Assembly (NCBI GenBank): GCA_018814825.1
Contig: JAHIYJ010000090.1
Location: forward strand, 1,321 to 65,320
DNA from: Candidatus Omnitrophota bacterium
GTDB taxonomy: Bacteria; Omnitrophota; Gorgyraeia; Gorgyraeales; Gorgyraeaceae
Length of the DNA: 64,000 nt
Direction of reading: 5' to 3'
Shown here one piece after another: positions 1 to 10,096 of the stretch. The stretch's first letter is position 1. Each line of letters begins with the position of its first letter. The position numbers were made by a program, and so were the translations under genes. The notes under the pieces were generated by a model that saw only the letters and a program-made list of their open reading frames with translations, searched no databases and was not told the origin of the DNA.

Positions 1-2
1 AC

Positions 3-884
3 CCCAGATGCAGAGAGATACTTAAGGCCAGCCCGCATATTGACGAGATAATAGTATATGACGAGAAAGGACGCAATAGACACCTCTTATCCAAGTTCGC
101 AGTTATATCACAGCTGAAGTCGAAAAAATTCGACACTGCGTTCATATTACGCAAGTCCCTCTCCAGGAGCATGCTTCTGTTCCTGTCCAAGATACCGGAA
201 CGCATAGGGTATGACAATAAACGAGCGGGATTTTTGCTCACTAAGAAGATACCTTTACCAAAAGAGGTTTTGCATAAGGCGGAATATTTTTTAGGACTGG
301 CGAGGGCAGTTGGCATAGATCCGCAAAAAGCGGCTTATGAGTTTCGCGTATCAGACGCAGGCAGGGAGAAGGCGGCGGAGATATTAAAAGAGGCGGGTCT
401 TAAAGAGAAAGAAAGTTTTATAGCCATAAACGCCGGCGGAAACTGGGATTTAAAGAGATGGCCTGCCGAGAATTTTGCTGAGTTAGGAGGCAGGATTTAC
501 GATAAGCTAAATCTTAAAGTGGTTCTTACCGGAGCCGTAAAGGATATTGAGCTGTGTAAAAAGATATCAGGCCTCATGAGGCGTAAACCAATATTGTTGT
601 GCGGGAAGACAGATCTGAATACTCTAGGCGCGGTGTTTGAAAAGGCTAAGTGGGTTATTTCAAATGACTCAGGCCCTATGCATATAGCGGCTGGTATAGG
701 CGCGTCTCTGGTGGCCTTATTCGGCCCGACTTCCCCGGAGATAACAGGCCCTTATGGTAATGGCGTTTGCGTGGTGTTCCGTAAGGATACCGGGTGCACA
801 ATACCCTGTTACAGGCTTTCGTGTAATGATAATAAATGCATGAAGGCAATAACTGTAGAAGAAGTTTTAAGAGCCATATCGTGA
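3..884 (+). CDS. LPS heptosyltransferase, GT9 family (WaaF-like); 5' end outside window
   Basis: Frame is open from position 3 (PRCREILKASPHIDEII...); GT9 motifs KRWP, SNDSGPMHIA, LFGPT and Cys-rich C-terminus. Confidence 0.85.
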   Translation, partial: PRCREILKASPHIDEIIVYDEKGRNRHLLSKFAVISQLKSKKFDTAFILRKSLSRSMLLFLSKIPERIGYDNKRAGFLLTKKIPLPKEVLHKAEYFLGLARAVGIDPQKAAYEFRVSDAGREKAAEILKEAGLKEKESFIAINAGGNWDLKRWPAENFAELGGRIYDKLNLKVVLTGAVKDIELCKKISGLMRRKPILLCGKTDLNTLGAVFEKAKWVISNDSGPMHIAAGIGASLVALFGPTSPEITGPYGNGVCVVFRKDTGCTIPCYRLSCNDNKCMKAITVEEVLRAIS

Positions 885-893
885 AAATCCAAA

Positions 894-1856
894 ATGCGAA
901 AAGTCCTATTTATTACGCTTAGTAATATCGGTGACGTGATCTTGACATTGCCTGTCCTGTCTGGGTTAAAGTACAGTTTCCCGACCGCCAGGATAGATGT
1001 TGTGGTGGGTCCAAGGCCAAGCGAAATATTCAAAAAAGACCCGAGGGTGGGGACTGTCTATGTATACGATAAACAGGACCCGTTAAAAGAAAGGCTCTAT
1101 TTTTTAAGAAAGCTGCGGAGTGAAAAATATGACCTGGCGGTTGACATGAAAACCAGCCTTGTTCCGCTTTTAATAGGAGCTAAAAAGAGGTCTTCTCTGG
1201 TCGCGAGACGCAGTAATGGCGGGAGACATAAAAGCGCGGTTCATCTGGATAAATTGAGAGAATTAGGCTTAGCTCATAGCCCTGAGCCTAGCATTTACAT
1301 TGATGATAGTGACAGAGAAAAGATAGAGGCTCTCCTTAAAAAACATGGCATTGGTAAACCTCACCTGATAGCAGGAATAAGCCCCTCCACGCGAGGCACG
1401 TTAAAGCAGTGGCATACAGACGGATTCATAGAAGTTATCCGGGGGCTCTTGAAGGATGAGAGGCTCAGGATAATCCTTATAGGTGATGGCAGTCAAGTTG
1501 ATATTTCCGGGAAGATAATGGATTACATAAAAAGCGGATCAGTGATAGATCTTACTGGAAAGATTGACCTGAATGGGCTGTTTGCCCTGATAGAGCGCAT
1601 GAGCGTTATGCTTACAGGGGATAGCGCCGCGCTGCATATAGCGTCCGACCTTAGGATAAAGACGGTCGCCTTATTCGGCCCGACTTCTCCGGAAGAATAT
1701 GGTCCCAGAGGCAAGGATGATATCGTGATCAGGAAAAAACTGAAATGTTCTCCCTGCAAGAAGGCTGCCTGTTCGTTTAACCACGAATGCATGAAAGAGA
1801 TAAAACCTGCTGAGGTATTAGAAGCATTAAAAAGACTCTTAAATGGATATTGCTAA
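894..1856 (+). CDS. GT9 family heptosyltransferase
   Basis: SNIGDVIL, TGDSAALHIA, LFGPT, CSPC motifs. Confidence 0.88.
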   Translation: MRKVLFITLSNIGDVILTLPVLSGLKYSFPTARIDVVVGPRPSEIFKKDPRVGTVYVYDKQDPLKERLYFLRKLRSEKYDLAVDMKTSLVPLLIGAKKRSSLVARRSNGGRHKSAVHLDKLRELGLAHSPEPSIYIDDSDREKIEALLKKHGIGKPHLIAGISPSTRGTLKQWHTDGFIEVIRGLLKDERLRIILIGDGSQVDISGKIMDYIKSGSVIDLTGKIDLNGLFALIERMSVMLTGDSAALHIASDLRIKTVALFGPTSPEEYGPRGKDDIVIRKKLKCSPCKKAACSFNHECMKEIKPAEVLEALKRLLNGYC

Positions 1857-2880
1857 AGTCAAGAGAATACTGATAGTCAGGACTGACAGGATAGGCGATG
1901 TGGTGCTTTCAACGCCCGTGATTACGGCTGTAAGGGCCGCTTTTCCGGAAGCCTATATCGCGGTGATGGTTTCTCCCCAGACCAGGGAGATTGTTTCGGG
2001 CAACCCGTATCTTAATGAAGTCATAGCTTATGATAAAATCTCAAAACATAAAGAGTTCTTAAAAACTTTTTTATTCGCAAACTGGCTTAGGGGCAAGAGA
2101 TTTGATCTGGCTCTTATACTGCATTCCACGATAAGAATCAACATTATTTGCTGCCTCGCGGGTATCCCGAGAAGGATAGGCTATGCCAGGGGCAAGATGG
2201 ATTTTCTTTTAACCCATAGGCTGGAATATGTGAAACGGTTAGGAGAAAAGCATGAGATAGAATATTCGCTTGATGTATTACGTTCCTTAGGCGTAAAAGC
2301 GGAGCCATCGCCTCTTGTAATGCCTCTGAAAGAAAGCGTTGTTAAAGAGGCTGATAGTTTGCTATTCGAATCAGGTTTAAAAAAAGACGAGAGGTTCGTC
2401 GTTATCAGTCCCGGTGCCAGCTGTGTTTCCAGGATTTGGCCTTCCGCGAATTTTGCCAGATTGGCCGATATCCTGAAAGAGTGTTTTGGCCTGTCGACAG
2501 TTCTTGTTTCAGGTCCTGAGGAGGTAAAGATAGGAGAGAAGGTCAGGGAGTCGATGAGCAGTAAACCTGTTTTTTTATGCGGCAGGACGTCGCTGGGTGT
2601 TTTAGCGGCAGTATTGAAGCGTGCGTCATTATTAATCTCTAATGATTCAGGACCTGTCCATATAGCGTGCGTCGTTAAAACACCGGTTATTTCCATATTT
2701 TCAAGAAAACAAAAAGGGCTTAGTCCCACGAGGTGGGGGCCCTATGGCGAAAGAAACGCCATTATCCATAAAGACGTTGGATGCGTTAAATGCCTTGCGC
2801 ATAATTGCAGTAAAGGGTTTTTGTGCCTCTACTCGATAACCGTGGAAGAGGTGCTGGAGAAGGCAAGGGAGTTACTCTAA
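1843..2880 (+). CDS. GT9 family heptosyltransferase
   Basis: RTDRIGDVVLSTP, SNDSGPVHIA, RWGP. Confidence 0.88.
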   Translation: MDIAKVKRILIVRTDRIGDVVLSTPVITAVRAAFPEAYIAVMVSPQTREIVSGNPYLNEVIAYDKISKHKEFLKTFLFANWLRGKRFDLALILHSTIRINIICCLAGIPRRIGYARGKMDFLLTHRLEYVKRLGEKHEIEYSLDVLRSLGVKAEPSPLVMPLKESVVKEADSLLFESGLKKDERFVVISPGASCVSRIWPSANFARLADILKECFGLSTVLVSGPEEVKIGEKVRESMSSKPVFLCGRTSLGVLAAVLKRASLLISNDSGPVHIACVVKTPVISIFSRKQKGLSPTRWGPYGERNAIIHKDVGCVKCLAHNCSKGFLCLYSITVEEVLEKARELL

Positions 2881-2916
2881 CTTGACAAAACTTACATTGT
2901 AAGATTTGTCAAGTTA
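2878..2916. repeat. 39-bp near-perfect palindrome (family P1), copy 1
   Basis: TAACTTGACAAAACTTACA-T-TGTAAGATTTGTCAAGTTA; starts with the stop codon of the upstream gene; related copy at 61981. Confidence 0.9.
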
Positions 2917-2923
2917 AGGGGGT

Positions 2924-3742
2924 ATGAAAATGGCAAGGCTTGTAGTTTTGGTTATTTTAGTGTGCTTGATGGTTGGGTGTGGGATAGCTGCTCAATATAG
3001 AATAGCGGAGCCTCCTGAGGATGTTTCAATAGAGGCCCCTGCCAAAAAACTGGACATCGGGGAAAAATTCACATACAAGGCGGAATGGCTTGGTATGGAT
3101 GTGGGCATTGCCACTTTGTCTGTGCAGGGCATTACGGAACGAAACGGCAGAAAAGTCTATCATATACTCGCCACGGCGGAAACAGTGCCTATTATCTCTA
3201 AGATCTATAAAGTCGAAGACAGGATTTCCAGTTACCTTGATACGGAGAAGCTTTACCCCGTAAGGTTTGAGAAGCAGCAGAGAGAAGGTGGTTATCGCTC
3301 AGATGAATATACTGATTTTGACCAGACTAAAGGAAAGGCTTATTATTTTTCCAGGCGGAACCACACCAAAAAAGAATATGAGATACCGGAAAAAGTCCAG
3401 GACCCCTTGAGCTGTATGTATTATTTCAGACTCCAGGACGTGGCCGTGGGAGAGTCTGTATTCGCGAATGTCAACACTGACGAGAAGAATTATCTGCTAG
3501 AGGCCAAGATACTCAAAAAAGGCATTGTCAGGATTGAGGGCGTGGGAGAATGGGAGGCTTTTATGGTTGAGCCTCTGCCCTGGTTCCAGGGTAAAGTGAC
3601 CAGAAAGGCGAAAGTCACTATGTGGCTTTCATCGGATGAGAAGAGGATACCCCTTTTACTGGTGACAAAAGGCATCCCTTTTGTGGGGACGGTTACCATA
3701 ACCCTCCAGAAAATAGAGTGCCTTGACACTGTGAAAGAATAA
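2924..3742 (+). CDS. DUF3108-like secreted/lipoprotein
   Basis: Signal peptide with LMVGC lipobox; GEKFTY..W.G..VG.A and WLSSDEKRIPL motifs typical of DUF3108. Confidence 0.7.
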   Translation: MKMARLVVLVILVCLMVGCGIAAQYRIAEPPEDVSIEAPAKKLDIGEKFTYKAEWLGMDVGIATLSVQGITERNGRKVYHILATAETVPIISKIYKVEDRISSYLDTEKLYPVRFEKQQREGGYRSDEYTDFDQTKGKAYYFSRRNHTKKEYEIPEKVQDPLSCMYYFRLQDVAVGESVFANVNTDEKNYLLEAKILKKGIVRIEGVGEWEAFMVEPLPWFQGKVTRKAKVTMWLSSDEKRIPLLLVTKGIPFVGTVTITLQKIECLDTVKE

Positions 3743-3751
3743 TGTTAAAAT
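3723..3751 (+). promoter_or_regulatory. sigma70-type promoter
   Basis: TTGACA-17 nt-TAAAAT with extended -10 TG, 25 nt upstream of ORF 3777. Confidence 0.7.
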
Positions 3752-3776
3752 AGTCAGAATATAACGGGAATTATAA

Positions 3777-4715
3777 ATGTCCAAAGATATAAACTTAGAT
3801 AAACTCAAGACTTATCCAATAGCCAAAAGAAAAAGCGAGGTCTCTTACAAGGATTTTGCGAAACCTCCCTTAAAGAACGCCGCTTTCTCTGATTTTTATG
3901 ACTCCCTTCCCCGTATACTTTCGGGCACGAGCTTCAGGCAGGTCGTCGATGCCGTAATTTCAGCGCGCAAAAGGAAAAAACCCGTCATAGCCATGATGGG
4001 TTCGCACGTGATTAAATGCGGACTGAATCCGGTGATAATAGAACTAATAAACAGGAAAATAATTACCGCTATCGCATTGAACGGTTCTGGCGCTATACAT
4101 GATTTTGAGATCGCCCTTATCGGCAAGACATCGGAAGACGTGGAAGAGGCCCTCGAAGACGGCAGTTTTGGCATGGCTAAGGAAACAGCCCTGTATCTCA
4201 ATGGCGCGATGGGAGAGGCAGTGGAAAAGGATATAGGCGCCGGCCTCGCCATAGGTCAGGTTATAGAGGAAGAAAAGCTTTCTTTCAGGAAATTGAGCCT
4301 TCTGTATAACTGCGCCAGGCAGGGAATACCTGCCACCGTGCATATAGCCATAGGTACTGATATTATCCATCAGCACCCGAGTTCGGACGGCGCGGCTCTA
4401 GGAGAGGCTTCGTTGAGAGATTTTCATAATTTTATAGATGTAGTCGCGGGGCTGGGTGATGGAGGCGTGGTTCTGAACATTGGCTCATCAGTGATTCTGC
4501 CGGAGGTTTTCCTGAAGGCCCTTAATGTGGCCAGGAATCTAGGGCATAAAGTCAGGAATTTTACGGCATGCAATTTTGACATGATAAACCATTACAGGCC
4601 TTATCAGAATGTGGTTAAGCGTCCGACAAAATCAGGAGGTTCAGGATATACGATTATAGGCCATCACGAGATAATGATTCCGCTTCTGGCGCAGGCCGTT
4701 ATTGAGAAAATATGA
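3777..4715 (+). CDS. Conserved uncharacterised protein, deoxyhypusine-synthase-like fold, in heptose cluster
   Basis: MGSHVIKCGL, NGSGAIHDFE, GSSVILPEVFLKA, GHHEIMIPLL; overlaps start of heptose kinase gene. Confidence 0.6.
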   Translation: MSKDINLDKLKTYPIAKRKSEVSYKDFAKPPLKNAAFSDFYDSLPRILSGTSFRQVVDAVISARKRKKPVIAMMGSHVIKCGLNPVIIELINRKIITAIALNGSGAIHDFEIALIGKTSEDVEEALEDGSFGMAKETALYLNGAMGEAVEKDIGAGLAIGQVIEEEKLSFRKLSLLYNCARQGIPATVHIAIGTDIIHQHPSSDGAALGEASLRDFHNFIDVVAGLGDGGVVLNIGSSVILPEVFLKALNVARNLGHKVRNFTACNFDMINHYRPYQNVVKRPTKSGGSGYTIIGHHEIMIPLLAQAVIEKI

Positions 4716-5686
4716 GGAAGAACAGATTAAAAAAGATAATCCCGGCCTTTACCGATAAAAAGGTCCTTATAATAGGCGACCTGATACTGGATGAGTTTTT
4801 ATGGGGCGATGTCTCAAGGATATCACCGGAGGCGCCGGTGCCTGTCGTGTGGATCCGTTCTGAATCGTTTATGCCGGGCGGCGCGGCGAACGTGGCGAAT
4901 AACATTCAATCTTTCGGAGGTAAGACATATCTGGCCGGAGTAATCGGAATGGATGAACGGGGCAGGACGCTTAAAGAGCTCCTCAAAAAGAATGGCGTAG
5001 ATGTGGGAGGTATAGTTGTTGACAGCGAAAGGCCTACCATACTTAAGACAAGGGTCATTGCTCATCACCAGCAGGTTGTGAGGATTGACAAGGAAAAGAT
5101 GGATAACTTGAGCGCGGATCTTATAAGCCAGATTATAATGTATGTTAAGGCCATAATTATAGATATAGACGCCATTATAATAGAAGACTATGGCAAGGGT
5201 GTTATAACGCCCAGGTTATTACGCGAGGTCCTGAGGCTGGCAAAGAAGCATGGCAAAATAGTAATGGTAGACCCAAAAGAAGAGCATTTTAATTATTATA
5301 AAGGGGTGACAGGTATAACCCCAAATCATCACGAGGCGTCAAAGGCAACCGGCATAAAGGTAACGGACGATAAGAGCCTCATAAGAATAGGAAAGGAGTT
5401 CTTAAAAAAATTAAAATCAGAAAGTGTCCTCGTGACTCTTGGCGAGAACGGAATGCGGCTTTTTGAGAAAGGCGGCAGGATTACACATATACCAACCGTG
5501 GCACAGGACGTATTTGACGTATCAGGCGCGGGCGATACTGTCATAAGCACGTTTACGCTGGCGCTCGCGGCAGGGGCATCCATGATAGAGGCTGCCCATA
5601 TTTCTAATCTCGCGGCGGGTATAGTCGTGGGCAAGGTAGGCATCGCTACGGTAACGCAGGAAGAATTATTAAATAAGATAAAATAA
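4712..5686 (+). CDS. hldA: D-glycero-beta-D-manno-heptose-7-phosphate kinase (RfaE domain I)
   Basis: GDLILDEF, RISPEAPVPV, PGGAANVA, DVSGAGDTV. Confidence 0.93.
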   Translation: MRKNRLKKIIPAFTDKKVLIIGDLILDEFLWGDVSRISPEAPVPVVWIRSESFMPGGAANVANNIQSFGGKTYLAGVIGMDERGRTLKELLKKNGVDVGGIVVDSERPTILKTRVIAHHQQVVRIDKEKMDNLSADLISQIIMYVKAIIIDIDAIIIEDYGKGVITPRLLREVLRLAKKHGKIVMVDPKEEHFNYYKGVTGITPNHHEASKATGIKVTDDKSLIRIGKEFLKKLKSESVLVTLGENGMRLFEKGGRITHIPTVAQDVFDVSGAGDTVISTFTLALAAGASMIEAAHISNLAAGIVVGKVGIATVTQEELLNKIK

Positions 5687-5700
5687 AAAATGAGTGCTTG

Positions 5701-5745
5701 GTTATCAGCAGCTGATAGCTGATAACTGATAGCTGAAAGCTGATA
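5701..5745. repeat. Inverted heptamer element, family H-D (TATCAGC / GCTGATA)
   Basis: GTTATCAGC-A-GCTGATA GCTGATA ACTGATA GCTGAAA GCTGATA, ending 1 nt before the kdsB ATG. Confidence 0.9.
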
Positions 5746-5746
5746 T

Positions 5747-6505
5747 ATGGATGTTATAGGGATAATTCCGGCGAGATACGGCGCGACGCGATTTGAGGGC
5801 AAGCTTCTGGCTGACCTGTGCGGTAAGCCTGTTATACAGCACACATGGGAGAATGCCAAGAAGTCCAGATCAATAGAAGACCTTTTAATCGCTACTGACG
5901 ATAAGCGTATTTACAATACCGCTAAGGGCTTTGGCGCTAAAGCGGTATACACCTCAAAAGCTCACAAAAGCGGTTCAGACAGGCTGACAGAGATCGCCAG
6001 CCAGTTTGAGGCCAAAATCATCGTGAATATCCAGGCAGATGAGCCATTGCTGCACCCCTCGATGATCGACAATATAGTAGACCCTCTCCTTAGAGATAAG
6101 GATATTCAGATGGCAACTCTCTGTCATAAGATTGAATCAGAGCACGAGCTCTTTGACAGGAATACGGTAAAAGTCGTGCTCGACAGGAAGGGTTTCGCCC
6201 TGTATTTTTCCAGAGCGGCCATTCCTTATAAGCCGCGTTCTATCCATAACGGCAACAGGATCTCGAATTGTTATAAACATATCGGACTCTACGCTTATAC
6301 CAGGGATTTTCTTTTCACGTTCAAGAGCCTGCCTCAGTCAACGCTGGAGAAGATAGAGAAATTAGAGCAGTTAAGAGTGATAGAGAACGGATATAAGATA
6401 AAAGTGGTTGAGACAAAATACGATACGGTGGGCATAGATACTCCTGAGGACCTGGCCCGGGCGAGGGAATTGATACAGGGGTCAAAGCAGTTGAGTTTTT
6501 TGTAA
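5747..6505 (+). CDS. kdsB: CMP-Kdo synthetase
   Basis: IIPARYGATRF, VNIQADEP, HIGLYAY, EKLEQLR. Confidence 0.96.
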   Translation: MDVIGIIPARYGATRFEGKLLADLCGKPVIQHTWENAKKSRSIEDLLIATDDKRIYNTAKGFGAKAVYTSKAHKSGSDRLTEIASQFEAKIIVNIQADEPLLHPSMIDNIVDPLLRDKDIQMATLCHKIESEHELFDRNTVKVVLDRKGFALYFSRAAIPYKPRSIHNGNRISNCYKHIGLYAYTRDFLFTFKSLPQSTLEKIEKLEQLRVIENGYKIKVVETKYDTVGIDTPEDLARARELIQGSKQLSFL

Positions 6506-6508
6506 ATA

Positions 6509-6632
6509 GAAGTTGGTTTATGGGTATGGAAACTGGTTAAGAAATTAGAAGTAGAAGCTGGGTACTGGATATCAGGCTTCCAGTACCCACTTCCAGCTTC
6601 CTAGCAAGCCTCCACAACAATAAACCAGCTTC
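6509..6632. repeat. Long imperfect hairpin in kdsB-pyrG spacer
   Basis: Perfect inner stem TGGGTACTGGA (6559-6569)/TCCAGTACCCA (6579-6589); outer stem GAAGTTGGTTTA/TAAACCAGCTTC. Confidence 0.75.
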
Positions 6633-6649
6633 AACAGCCTAAATTTAAT

Positions 6650-8272
6650 ATGCCAAAGTATATATTCATAACAGGGGGCGTTGTTTCCAGCCTCGGGAAA
6701 GGTATTACCTCAGCCTCTATAGGCAAGCTTCTTGAATCCAAGGGCCTGAAGATAACAATACAGAAATGCGACCCTTACATAAACGTGGATCCCGGGACCA
6801 TGAATCCATTCCAGCACGGCGAGGTATATGTGACAGACGACGGAGCCGAAACAGACCTGGACCTTGGCCATTACGAGCGTTTTACAAGTGTGCCTCTCGG
6901 CAAGGATAACAATATCACTACCGGGAAAATCTATGATTCAGTTATTACAAAGGAACGCAGGGGTGATTATCTCGGAGCGACCATCCAGGTCGTCCCTCAT
7001 ATAACGAACGAGATAATATCTAACATAAAAAAGGTATCGAGCGGCAAGGACGTTGATATTGTCATCTGCGAGATAGGGGGGACAGTAGGTGACATAGAAA
7101 GCCTTCCTTTTCTTGAGGCCATCAGGCAGTTCAAGCAGTACGTGGGCAGGGGCAATGCCATAAATATCCACCTGACCCTGGTCCCATATATCAAGGCCGC
7201 AGAGGAAGTAAAGACCAAGCCCACGCAGCACAGTGTCGGCAAGATGAGGGAAATAGGTATCCAGCCGGATATATTGATCTGCAGGACCGAGAAACCCATT
7301 TCAAAGAAGGTAAAACAGAAAATAGCCCTTTTCTGCAACGTGGATGAAGACGCTGTAATAGATACGCCTGACGTGAAAGATATATATGAGATCCCTTTAT
7401 TGTTCCAACAACAAGGACTGGGGAAGATTATATTAAGGCTGCTGGAATTGAGATATAGAGAAGGTGACCTGAGCGCGTGGCGCGATAAAGTGGTTAAAAG
7501 GGCGCTTCACCCGACAAAAAGGGTCACGATAGCCGTTGTCGGAAAATATATAGAGCTGAATGACGCGTATAAATCTATCTATGAGTCCTTAAAGCACGCA
7601 GGCGTGGAAAATGACGCTAAAGTGGACATCAGGAAGATAGATTCGGAGGAGATAGAGGAAAAAAACGTGGATAACTTTCTTAATGACGCGGACGGGATCC
7701 TTGTCCCGGGGGGATTCGGCTCACGCGGCATAGAGGGTAAGATCAGGGCAATAAAATTTGCCAGGGAAAATAATATACCCTTTTTTGGCATATGTCTAGG
7801 TATGCAGTGCGCTGTCGTAGAGTTTGCCAGAAACGTATGCAAGTTAAAAAAGGCCCATTCAACGGAATTTGACAAATCAACGCCCTTCCCTGTAATAAGC
7901 CTGCTCGAGGAACAAAAAAGAGTGAAAGATATGGGGGGCACCATGAGATTAGGCGCCTATCAATGCAGGCTGAAAAAGGCGACGCGCACGTACGAGGCGT
8001 ATGGTAAAGAGAGGATCTCAGAAAGACACAGGCACAGGTATGAGTTTGACACGCACTATAAAAGGAGCATGGAAAAAGAAGGCCTTGTCATATCAGGGAC
8101 TTCTCCTGATCTTAGGCTGATGGAGGTAGTCGAGATAAAAAACCATCCATGGTTTGTGGCGTGCCAGTTTCATCCTGAGTTTAAATCAAAACCTGATAAC
8201 TGCCATCCGCTGTTCAGGGATTTTGTAAAAGCGTCTCTGGCCCACGGGAAAAAAGGCAAGACAAGCAAATGA
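6650..8272 (+). CDS. pyrG: CTP synthase
   Basis: [35 protein letters not shown]. Confidence 0.99.
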   Translation: MPKYIFITGGVVSSLGKGITSASIGKLLESKGLKITIQKCDPYINVDPGTMNPFQHGEVYVTDDGAETDLDLGHYERFTSVPLGKDNNITTGKIYDSVITKERRGDYLGATIQVVPHITNEIISNIKKVSSGKDVDIVICEIGGTVGDIESLPFLEAIRQFKQYVGRGNAINIHLTLVPYIKAAEEVKTKPTQHSVGKMREIGIQPDILICRTEKPISKKVKQKIALFCNVDEDAVIDTPDVKDIYEIPLLFQQQGLGKIILRLLELRYREGDLSAWRDKVVKRALHPTKRVTIAVVGKYIELNDAYKSIYESLKHAGVENDAKVDIRKIDSEEIEEKNVDNFLNDADGILVPGGFGSRGIEGKIRAIKFARENNIPFFGICLGMQCAVVEFARNVCKLKKAHSTEFDKSTPFPVISLLEEQKRVKDMGGTMRLGAYQCRLKKATRTYEAYGKERISERHRHRYEFDTHYKRSMEKEGLVISGTSPDLRLMEVVEIKNHPWFVACQFHPEFKSKPDNCHPLFRDFVKASLAHGKKGKTSK

Positions 8273-9105
8273 CGAAAGAGATAAAGATAGGGAATATAAA
8301 GATAGGCGGCAATAATACCATTACCTTAATCGCCGGGCCATGTGTTATCGAGAGCGAGCGGCACGCCATGCGTCACGCGGAAGCTATCAAAAAGATATGC
8401 GGTAAACAAGAGATATCTTTTATATACAAATCCAGCTATGACAAGGCGAACCGCTCAAATGTCAAATCTTACAGGGGGCCTGGCATAGAAAAGGGCCTTA
8501 AAATACTGGCGAAGGTAAAGAAAGAAACAGGTGTTCCTGTATTAAGCGATGTACACTGCAGGGCGGAGCTTTCAGAAGCGTCTGGTGTCCTTGATATCAT
8601 CCAGATACCGGCTTTTTTATGCAGGCAGACGGATTTCATAGTAGAAGCGGCAAAGACAAAAAAGGTCATCAATGTGAAAAAGGGCCAGTTCCTTGCGCCA
8701 TGGGACATAAAAAACATAGTAGAAAAAATAGAGGTCAGCGGCAATAAAAATATCATCATTACGGAACGCGGCACGATGTTCGGGTACAATAATTTAGTCA
8801 GTGATTTCAGGTCCCTGGATATAATGAGAGAGTTTGGCTATCCTGTGGTTTATGACGCGACTCACAGTGTCCAGCTGCCGGGGGGCAGAGGTTCTTCTTC
8901 GGGCGGAGATAGGAAGTTTGTGGCGTCTCTTTCCCGCGCGGCAGTAGCTGTCGGGTGCGATGGATTATTTTTGGAAGTACACGAAAACCCAGACAAAGCG
9001 CCATGCGATGGCCCGAATATGATTGATTTGAAGACGCTGGAAAAATTATTGAGTGAAGTCAAAGATATAAATCGGGTAATATTTCAAACCCGCATTGCAA
9101 TTTAA
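8269..9105 (+). CDS. kdsA: Kdo-8-phosphate synthase
   Basis: [36 protein letters not shown]. Confidence 0.97.
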   Translation: MTKEIKIGNIKIGGNNTITLIAGPCVIESERHAMRHAEAIKKICGKQEISFIYKSSYDKANRSNVKSYRGPGIEKGLKILAKVKKETGVPVLSDVHCRAELSEASGVLDIIQIPAFLCRQTDFIVEAAKTKKVINVKKGQFLAPWDIKNIVEKIEVSGNKNIIITERGTMFGYNNLVSDFRSLDIMREFGYPVVYDATHSVQLPGGRGSSSGGDRKFVASLSRAAVAVGCDGLFLEVHENPDKAPCDGPNMIDLKTLEKLLSEVKDINRVIFQTRIAI

Positions 9106-9124
9106 TTGCAATGCGGGTTTGAAA
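9082..9124. repeat. Perfect 20-bp-stem palindrome (family P2), copy 1
   Basis: TTTCAAACCCGCATTGCAAT-TTA-ATTGCAATGCGGGTTTGAAA; related copy at 59307. Confidence 0.92.
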
Positions 9125-9136
9125 ATAAGGATGGAT

Positions 9137-10096
9137 ATGCTAAAACAACGCGCTAAACAGGTCCTTAAAATCGAGTCAGACTCGATAAAACGGCTAATAT
9201 CCAGGATAAACAAGGATTTTGAGAAGGCCGTTAACCTGATATTCGCCTCAAAAGGCAGGGTAGTTGTTACCGGCATGGGCAAGGCCGGTATTATCGGGGA
9301 AAAGATTTCCGCTACACTTGCATCCACTGGCACGCCGAGCCTGTGGATGCATTCAGCGGAGGCCATACACGGCGACCTGGGCCGGGTAAAAAAAGAAGAC
9401 CTGATAATAGCCATATCGAATAGCGGTGAAACAGAAGAAACCATAAGGCTTATCCCTCACATAAAGAAAATAGGAGCCAGGCTTATTGCCATAACAGGTA
9501 ATATGCGCTCCACTCTGGCGAAGAACAGCGACGCTGTTCTGGATGTCTCGATAAAAGAAGAGGCGTGTCCGTTAGGCCTTGCGCCTATGGCAAGCACTAC
9601 CACTATGCTCGCGATGGGCGACGCTCTTTGCGCGGCATTGATAGACAAGAGAGGTTTTAAAAAAAGTGATTTCGCCTTCCTCCATCCCGGCGGGAGCCTG
9701 GGCAAGCAATTGCTTCTTAAGGTGGAGGACATTATGAGAAAAGGCCCTTCAAACCCTATTGTAAAAGAGAATGTGAAAGTGAAAGACGTGCTGTTAAAGA
9801 TTACGACCGCGAGGGCCGGGAGCGCAACGGTGGTTGACAAAAAAGGCAGGTTGGCAGGTATATTCACGGACGGTGATTTGAGAAGGCATTTAGAGGAGGG
9901 GCTTGATCTTTCAAAGAAAAAAGTAAAAGACGTGATGACGAAAAAACCTAAGGCCATGAAAAAAGGAGCGCTTGCCGTTGAGGCGCTGAAGGTTTTGCAG
10001 GATTACAGGATTGACGAGATTCCGATAGTGGATGAGAAGGGCAGGGCAATAGGGCTGGTGGATGTGCAGGATCTGCTGAAAGCAGGGCTTATATGA
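9137..10096 (+). CDS. kdsD: Arabinose-5-phosphate isomerase (KpsF/GutQ family, SIS + CBS)
   Basis: GMGKAG, EAIHGDLG, HPGGSLG, TDGDLRR; start moved downstream of the palindrome. Confidence 0.93.
   Translation: MLKQRAKQVLKIESDSIKRLISRINKDFEKAVNLIFASKGRVVVTGMGKAGIIGEKISATLASTGTPSLWMHSAEAIHGDLGRVKKEDLIIAISNSGETEETIRLIPHIKKIGARLIAITGNMRSTLAKNSDAVLDVSIKEEACPLGLAPMASTTTMLAMGDALCAALIDKRGFKKSDFAFLHPGGSLGKQLLLKVEDIMRKGPSNPIVKENVKVKDVLLKITTARAGSATVVDKKGRLAGIFTDGDLRRHLEEGLDLSKKKVKDVMTKKPKAMKKGALAVEALKVLQDYRIDEIPIVDEKGRAIGLVDVQDLLKAGLI

Noticed and set aside
884-905. AAAATCC AAAATGC GAAAAGT possible heptamer remnant at a gene junction
   Set aside because: Only two to three degenerate A-rich units; not distinguishable from chance
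9095-9136. N-terminal extensions in the ORF track for kdsD (9095), lptB (59329) and the four-helix-bundle gene (17188)
   Set aside because: These starts lie inside repeat elements; downstream ATGs fit the family N-termini better
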